Source: an uncultured Neisseria sp. (GTDB lineage: Bacteria; Pseudomonadota; Gammaproteobacteria; Burkholderiales; Neisseriaceae). From it: 6,942 nucleotides of DNA. The stretch spans positions 1 to 6,942 of the forward strand of contig CAKARM010000113.1 in assembly GCA_916720585.1 (NCBI GenBank), written 5' to 3'. A model generated the notes under the pieces. It did no database searches. It worked only from the letters and a program-made list of their open reading frames with translations, and was not told where the DNA came from. Numbering within the stretch: the stretch's first letter is position 1; every line of letters begins with the position of its first letter. Positions 1-3,795 of the stretch are shown here, piece by piece. The translations under genes were made by a program, and so were the position numbers.

Positions 1-465
1 GACTTGGTCATACAATGCGCTGTCCAGATTGTTGGTGCCGCGGCGGATGGCTTTACCGTCGTAAAGGAATTTGGGCGCGCCGTCCACGGAAATGCTGTCA
101 ATCGCCTGACTGCGCGAAATAAACTCGCTGTGTCCGGAAACGTTGTTGCCCATTTTGCTGTGGAACACGCCCGGTGTTTGTTTCAACACGTCCTGCAAGG
201 TATCCAAACCTTGGTCGTCCATTTGTTTTTCGGTAACAACAGACAAAGACTGCGGCGTTTCGCGCTGGGTCAGGCGGATGCCTGTCGCAGCGGAGGAAGC
301 CGGAATGGTGTAGTTTGAGGTTGTCTGTTTGCCGACGCCCCGTACTTGGACAGTAGGCAAATCAACCTGCCCAACCCCATCCCCTGCGCCCAAGGAATAG
401 GCAGACAAAAGTGCCGTAGCAACAGCAACCGGCAAACGTGCCGGACGAAATTTAGATAATGGCAT
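1..465 (-). CDS. TonB-dependent siderophore receptor (FhuE/FpvA-like), signal peptide plus N-terminal plug domain; 3' part runs off the window start
   Basis: Not in the supplied ORF track. Hand translation of the minus strand from ATG 465-463 is open through base 1 (155 codons, no stop): MPLSKFRPARLPVAVATALLSAYSLGAGDGVGQVDLPTVQVRGVGKQTTSNYTIPASSAATGIRLTQRETPQSLSVVTEKQMDDQGLDTLQDVLKQTPGVFHSK...DSALYDQV. It has a signal-peptide-like N-terminus, a TonB-box-like DLPTVQV, and a plug signature (TQRETPQSLSVVTEKQMDDQGLDTLQDVL) close to the E. coli FhuE plug as I remember it. A strong SD (AGGAG) lies 5 nt upstream (470-474 region). Confidence 0.85.
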   Translation of the reverse strand, partial: MPLSKFRPARLPVAVATALLSAYSLGAGDGVGQVDLPTVQVRGVGKQTTSNYTIPASSAATGIRLTQRETPQSLSVVTEKQMDDQGLDTLQDVLKQTPGVFHSKMGNNVSGHSEFISRSQAIDSISVDGAPKFLYDGKAIRRGTNNLDSALYDQV

Positions 466-552
466 GGTGTCTCCTAATTATTTAGCCGTCCGAACGGCAA
501 CAGAGTTCCAAACCTCCTTGCACCATTCGGCAGCAAACGGCTTTTTTGTGTA

Positions 553-571
553 TTAAATAAGAATTTTTATC
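553..571 (-). promoter_or_regulatory. Fur-box-like AT-rich operator candidate upstream of the receptor gene
   Basis: Minus-sense GATAAAAATTCTTATTTAA matches about 11-12 of 19 positions of the classical Fur consensus GATAATGATAATCATTATC. It reads as three imperfect nATwAT hexamers and sits about 90-105 nt upstream of the receptor ATG. Siderophore receptor genes are typically Fur-regulated. The match is only moderate. Confidence 0.3.
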
Positions 572-720
572 AAATTTCTGTAATAGGATGAAATAAAACG
601 GTCGGAGTATAGGGAACTGGCGGGCATGAATCAAATAATTTACACAGTCCCCGACACATCATTTTCATCTGCATGACCATCTTTCATTCTCAATCAAACA
701 AATCCGACAGCCGCAGCCAC

Positions 721-731
721 AAAAAAGATAG
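721..731. repeat. Left arm of an exact 11-nt inverted repeat (AAAAAAGATAG), partner at 1841-1851
   Basis: Plus-strand 721-731 AAAAAAGATAG is the exact reverse complement of plus-strand 1841-1851 CTATCTTTTTT. The two arms bracket the recombinase gene. ATTCCA (735-740), one mismatch from a dRS3 ATTCCC arm, lies 4 nt away. Confidence 0.9.
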
Positions 732-782
732 TGTATTCCACCGTCAACAACATTTACATATCTTAAAGATACACGAGGTCTG

Positions 783-808
783 CGCCCTGATTTTTCGGGG
801 CGTTTTTT
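783..808 (+). terminator. Rho-independent terminator shape on the plus strand
   Basis: Stem 783-790 / 795-802 (CGCCCTGA / TCGGGGCG; 7 Watson-Crick pairs plus one G.U), TTTT loop, followed directly by T6 (803-808). On the minus strand the wobble becomes an A.C mismatch and no U-tract follows, so it is a poor terminator for the recombinase gene ending at 820. Confidence 0.55.
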
Positions 809-819
809 CATGACGCTGT

Positions 820-1767
820 CTAATTTCGGTATCGTGAACGGTCGTAATCTTTACCTGTTTTATACAGTTGGTAGGCAATAACGGCAAGTTTGCGCATGAT
901 CGCGACTATTATCAGCTTCGGGGGCTTCCCCCTCGCTTTGAGGCGGGCTATAAAGGCTGGAAATGCGTTCATACGGTAGGCGACAAGTGCGGGCATATAC
1001 AGGGCTTTACGGGCGTTCTTTTTCCCCTGTTTTGATATTCGGGGCTTTCCTTTGACGCTTGTTCCCGAATCTTTGATTTTTGGATCTAAACCGAGGTATG
1101 CGGCAAATTGATTTTGATTGGCGAAGTCGTAGCGTGTGAGTTTTGCGAGCAGGGCGGAAGCGGCGGATTCGCCTATACCGTCTATGGTTTTCAGGCGGTT
1201 CTTTTTTTCGTTGTATATTGGATTTTGGCGGTAGAAGTCTTTGAGTTCGTTTTGTACGGTTGCTATAAGCCTGTTCAGATGGTCTATGGTGGTCTGTATG
1301 TGACGGCGGATAGTATCGGGGGCGGTTTGGTGTTTGGTCTGCTCTGCGGCTCTCTGCTGCTTAAGGCGGGCTATATAGTCTGTGATGGCTTGGAGGTATT
1401 CTTGCTCTTCTGTCGGCGGCTGCCATGCTTGGGGCTGCATTCGTCGGCAGTATTCGGCTATCAGCCTCGCGTCCTGCCTGTCGGTCTTGGTTCGTATCTG
1501 TTCGGCTTCTCTGAAGCCTTTTATCTTGCTTGGATTGACTATGCTTACGATGTGTTTCTGTCTTAAGTGGGCGGCTATGGCTTCGTGGTAGATTCCTGTC
1601 GCTTCACAACAGCAATGCACCGATTCAGCGGTGTGCCCCTGTATCCATTCGTCCAAACGTCTGAATCCGTCCTCTGTGTTGTCAAACCTCCGTTCATAAA
1701 AAATGCTGTCTGAAATCAGACAGCAGTCTATGGTTTTCTTTGATACGTCTATCCCTAAGTAGTACAT
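820..1767 (-). CDS. pivNM: IS110/Piv-family DEDD recombinase (transposase), Neisseria pivNM/irg-like
   Basis: 315 aa. The N-terminal RuvC-like DEDD domain motifs are YLGIDVSKK, CCEATGIYHE and IVNPSKIKGF...KTDRQDA. The C-terminal Tnp domain has IDGIGESAASALLA and YLGLDPKIKDSGTSVKGKPRISKQGKKNARKALYMPALVA with the conserved SG serine. A modest SD (TAAGG) lies 8 nt upstream. Its position at the end of a filamentous prophage matches what I recall for Nf/MDA prophages. Confidence 0.93.
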   Translation of the reverse strand: MYYLGIDVSKKTIDCCLISDSIFYERRFDNTEDGFRRLDEWIQGHTAESVHCCCEATGIYHEAIAAHLRQKHIVSIVNPSKIKGFREAEQIRTKTDRQDARLIAEYCRRMQPQAWQPPTEEQEYLQAITDYIARLKQQRAAEQTKHQTAPDTIRRHIQTTIDHLNRLIATVQNELKDFYRQNPIYNEKKNRLKTIDGIGESAASALLAKLTRYDFANQNQFAAYLGLDPKIKDSGTSVKGKPRISKQGKKNARKALYMPALVAYRMNAFPAFIARLKARGKPPKLIIVAIMRKLAVIAYQLYKTGKDYDRSRYRN

Positions 1768-1951
1768 TGTTTTGCCTTATTTATTCAGGCTCGCAGCCTT
1801 GTATAGTGTTCAAACTGGTTATGTACGGAAGCCCGCGCTTCTATCTTTTTTCCAAGCTTTGGCTTTGGTCGTGCTTCGGAAGTCGCGGGCTGCGGTTCGG
1901 GTCATGAATCCAAACCCCTGAAAGGGTTGGTTACCCGTTCAGGGCTTTGGA
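1762..1951 (-). ncRNA. Candidate bridge (seek) RNA in the recombinase leader: 5' stem-loop plus two internal-loop modules
   Basis: Hand fold of the minus-sense strand. Hairpin 1951->1909 has 17 bp. Module 1 has closing helix 1891-1884/1837-1830 (8 bp), loop strands 1883->1863 and 1851->1838, and distal hairpin 1862->1852. Module 2 has closing helix 1826-1821/1767-1762 (GUACAU/AUGUAC, includes the start codon), loop strands 1820->1800 and 1786->1768, and distal hairpin 1799->1787. The module 1 3' strand contains the 11-nt match to 721-731. No credible ORF is present. The function is an inference. Confidence 0.3.
1841..1851. repeat. Right arm of the exact 11-nt inverted repeat (CTATCTTTTTT), partner at 721-731
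   Basis: See 721-731. This arm lies 74-84 nt upstream of the recombinase ATG, inside the large internal loop of leader module 1. Confidence 0.9.
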
Positions 1952-1983
1952 CTCTTTTTGCCTTCGGCGACGTTCGCCACGTG

Positions 1984-2020
1984 GCAGGGGGTGGGGTAAA
2001 AAACACACCCCACCCCTTGC
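1984..2020. repeat. GC-rich 14-position hairpin with an A-rich 9-nt loop
   Basis: 1984-1997 GCAGGGGGTGGGGT pairs with 2007-2020 ACCCCACCCCTTGC (13 Watson-Crick pairs plus one G.T on the plus strand, which is A.C on the minus strand). The loop is AAAAAACAC. It is preceded by the perfect 10-bp palindrome GCCACGTGGC (1976-1985) and a small hairpin GGCGA-CGT-TCGCC (1966-1978). Confidence 0.8.
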
Positions 2021-2045
2021 GGGCAGCGTCTTTGGGTGGGTTAGC

Positions 2046-2122
2046 GTCAAGGGGTATCCAAAAAGATTTATAAAGACGATAAAGCCGTCTTTACAAATCT
2101 TTCTGGACGCCCTCCCCTTGAC
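2046..2122. repeat. 77-nt composite imperfect hairpin immediately after the last morphogenesis ORF; candidate inovirus packaging signal
   Basis: The inner helix 2057-2078 / 2086-2107 has 22 positions: 20 Watson-Crick pairs and two A.C mismatches, with loop ATAAAGC. The outer helix is GTCAAGGGG 2046-2054 / CCCCTTGAC 2114-2122 (9 bp), across a 2/6-nt internal loop. No U-tract follows on the phage-sense strand. The structure is seen directly; the function is inferred by analogy to the Ff packaging hairpin. Confidence 0.5.
2067..2096 (-). promoter_or_regulatory. Sigma70-like promoter candidate reading toward the leader and recombinase
   Basis: Minus-sense TTGTAA (2096->2091), an 18-nt spacer, then TATAAA (2072->2067); alternatively TTATAA with a 17-nt spacer. 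It is embedded in the arms of the 2057-2107 palindrome. This is a sequence match only. Confidence 0.25.
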
Positions 2123-2128
2123 TTGTGG

Positions 2129-2320
2129 TTAGGTGGGCGATTGGGCTGCGAACATTAAAACCCCTGCGGCGCATAATACAAGAAAAATAATAGCAAGACC
2201 AAAAATAAAAATGCCAAATTCTTTAATCAACATTTTGAAATAAGCCGTGCCATGCTTTCTATGAATATGAATTATTGCATACACAACCAAACACGAAATA
2301 ACAAATTCTAATGCGTTCAT
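2129..2320 (-). CDS. Small phage membrane protein (63 aa, two predicted TM helices), ORF9-position
   Basis: The ORF is in the track. Hydrophobic segments are FVISCLVVYAIIHI and IFIFGLAIIFLVLCAAGVLMF. SD AGGGA lies 5-9 nt upstream. The start is 7 nt after the Zot stop, consistent with operon coupling. Confidence 0.65.
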   Translation of the reverse strand: MNALEFVISCLVVYAIIHIHRKHGTAYFKMLIKEFGIFIFGLAIIFLVLCAAGVLMFAAQSPT

Positions 2321-2327
2321 CGTTTCC

Positions 2328-3503
2328 CTAATTTATTTTCCCGCCCACATTGGTCAGGGCTTTATCATTGTATCCGTCATACATCAAATTTTGCGGGCTG
2401 GCACCGCCCATTGTCAAGACCTGCGGGGCGTCGGGATTGTATGCGGTCTGCGTCGGTTTTGCCGCTTCTGCCGTCTGCGTTTTGTAGGGGTTGAACGGTA
2501 AGCCGTCTTTGACGTAGTTCAGGCAGGTTTGTTTGCCGATGTCTTTAATCTTCGTGCCTTGGTCGGTGTAACAGGTGCAGCGGTTCTCTGCTTTGATACA
2601 GGCAGCAGGCCAAGGCATGACTTTAACGGCTTTGTTCATGCCGTCGTATATCGGGGCGGTTTCGGGACGTTCGGCAATACGGGGCTGGTAGTCTTCTTCA
2701 GTCAGATGGGGCTTTGGCGGTTCTGACGGCTTTTGCACCTTTGCTGCTGCGTACTGCCCCGATGCGCCGTCGTCCGCCGCGGGAGCGGCTGCCGCCTGCG
2801 CTTCGGGGCTTGCCGCTGGCGCGGCAACATGTGCCTGTGCCGTCTGTCCCGCTGTCTCTATGGGTTTTTCCAAATTTTTCCAAAAGGAAGCGAAATAATA
2901 CAAGCCGCCGCCAAGCATGGCTATTGCGATAGGTATCAGGTACAGAACCTTGCTACGCTTGGTTCTGATTTTGGTGTGTTCTTCGGCGGACTTGTACAGT
3001 CCGTACACGCTCTTGTCGAGCTTATAGACGCTGACGAGGGCTTCTTTGATGTTCGCTCTGCTTTCGGGTTCTTTTGCGCCCCCTGTCGTCCATTCGAGCT
3101 TTCGGCGCAGTCCTAGATTGGTCTTTCCGAAATGGGTGTGGTGTTCAATCAGGGAGCGGAGGTGTACGTCTATCAGGCGCGGATGCTGTGTAATAAGCAG
3201 GAAATCTAAACCCCTGTGTCTGTGGGTTTCCAGTTCTGCTACATAGTCGGGAACGGCTGAACTGCTGGAACGGGGGCGAAATATACGCTGACATTCGTCA
3301 ACGACGATTATTGCGCCGTCGGGCGCCCATTTGGGCCACGTTTTTATGCTTTCGCCTTCGGGTATTTCTTCGTGCGGTATTTTTAGGTCAGGTATGCCGT
3401 CAATGAACAGGGGACGGTTTTTAAAATCTTTGCGTTTGGCGAGCATGGAAACGACGTTCAAAGTTTTGCCCGAACCCGGTACGCCTGTGAACAGATATAA
3501 CAT
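2328..3503 (-). CDS. zot: Zot-family / pI-like filamentous phage assembly NTPase
   Basis: 391 aa. Walker A is GVPGSGKT (aa 7-14, nt 3462-3485) and Walker B is IIVVDE (aa 65-70). A central TM (VLYLIPIAIAMLGGGLYYFASFW) is followed by an Ala/Pro-rich linker and a Cys-containing C-terminal periplasmic domain. SD AGGAAG lies upstream. This is the typical Zot/pI architecture and position. Confidence 0.92.
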   Translation of the reverse strand: MLYLFTGVPGSGKTLNVVSMLAKRKDFKNRPLFIDGIPDLKIPHEEIPEGESIKTWPKWAPDGAIIVVDECQRIFRPRSSSSAVPDYVAELETHRHRGLDFLLITQHPRLIDVHLRSLIEHHTHFGKTNLGLRRKLEWTTGGAKEPESRANIKEALVSVYKLDKSVYGLYKSAEEHTKIRTKRSKVLYLIPIAIAMLGGGLYYFASFWKNLEKPIETAGQTAQAHVAAPAASPEAQAAAAPAADDGASGQYAAAKVQKPSEPPKPHLTEEDYQPRIAERPETAPIYDGMNKAVKVMPWPAACIKAENRCTCYTDQGTKIKDIGKQTCLNYVKDGLPFNPYKTQTAEAAKPTQTAYNPDAPQVLTMGGASPQNLMYDGYNDKALTNVGGKIN

Positions 3504-3512
3504 GTTTTCTTC

Positions 3513-3794
3513 CTATTTCGATTGAATGATGGTAGACAGTTTTTTAAAGCCTTTTAGGGATATGACGAAGCTGAACGAACCAAATATCCAGTTCAGGATG
3601 ACACCGAATCCTGCGATATACAGTATTTGCAGGGCTTCATCGGGGAAGCCGCCGATACTGCGGCTTATTTCGTTGATAAAATAATCCTGCAAAGCATTCA
3701 ATCCTGTTACTGAAATAAAACTCAAACCTACGGCGGTCAGTATGCGCCCTGCTACGGACATAAGGACGCCTGTTATCAGTGATGCCCAGTTCAT
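3513..3794 (-). CDS. pVI-like small integral membrane virion/assembly protein
   Basis: 93 aa, mostly hydrophobic with about three TM segments. The ATG lies 1 nt after the TspB stop codon (TGA 3796-3798), with SD AAAGGAA inside the TspB 3' end. It occupies the position of gene VI between the adsorption protein and pI. Confidence 0.75.
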   Translation of the reverse strand: MNWASLITGVLMSVAGRILTAVGLSFISVTGLNALQDYFINEISRSIGGFPDEALQILYIAGFGVILNWIFGSFSFVISLKGFKKLSTIIQSK

Positions 3795-3795
3795 T

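Noticed and set aside
4-318. Track ORF 4..318 (+), 104 aa
   Set aside because: It is the antisense shadow of the minus-strand TonB-dependent receptor frame (465->1). That frame has an SD, a signal peptide and plug-domain motifs; the plus-strand product has no recognisable features.
601-620. Split match GTATAG..AACTGG (607-620) to GTATAG......AACTGG (1801-1818), and GGGAAC at 612-617 as a possible dRS3 arm
   Set aside because: The two 6-mers have different spacing (2 vs 6 nt), so they are not colinear with a guide-type pairing. My rough chance estimate is about 0.1. GGGAAC is on the wrong side and in the wrong orientation for a left-junction dRS3 arm, and it has no ATTCCC partner 8 nt away.
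665-813. Two sub-threshold ORFs downstream of the recombinase: minus 811->665 (48 aa, basic N-terminus, CGCGCRIC... Cys-rich) and plus 673..813 (46 aa)
   Set aside because: Neither has an SD. Both read through the terminator hairpin and across the probable prophage/chromosome junction, so they would be chimeric. I keep them only as a note in case ribosome profiling says otherwise.
1108-1591. Track ORFs 1108..1566 (+) and 1382..1591 (+)
   Set aside because: They lie entirely antisense to the well-supported IS110-family recombinase. Their composition is Cys/Gly/Leu-rich and shadow-like, with no SD.
2021-2054. G-quadruplex-like run on the plus strand (GGG-N10-GGGTGGG-N10-GGGG; GGGTGGGTT resembles the first half of the pilE G4 motif), plus GGGGGTGGGG at 1987-1996
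   Set aside because: Two of the loops are 10 nt, which is weak for a G4. The G-rich strand is neither the packaged viral strand nor the non-template strand for phage-sense transcription. The same G-runs are better explained as arms of the duplex hairpins described above.
1947-2132. Track ORF 1947..2132 (+), 61 aa, very basic
   Set aside because: It starts at a TTG with no SD and runs straight through three strong palindromic hairpins, whose GC-rich arms explain the Arg/Gly/Trp-rich sequence. It is on the strand opposite all the phage genes. I treat it as non-coding, though a small basic regulator cannot be formally excluded.
2529-3525. Track ORFs inside or antisense to zot (2529..2726 +, 2698..2883 -, 2714..2932 +, 2733..3116 +, 3046..3246 +, 3331..3525 +)
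   Set aside because: These are alternative-frame or antisense shadows of a strongly supported Walker A/B Zot-family ORF. They are Arg/Cys-rich and low-complexity, with no SDs.
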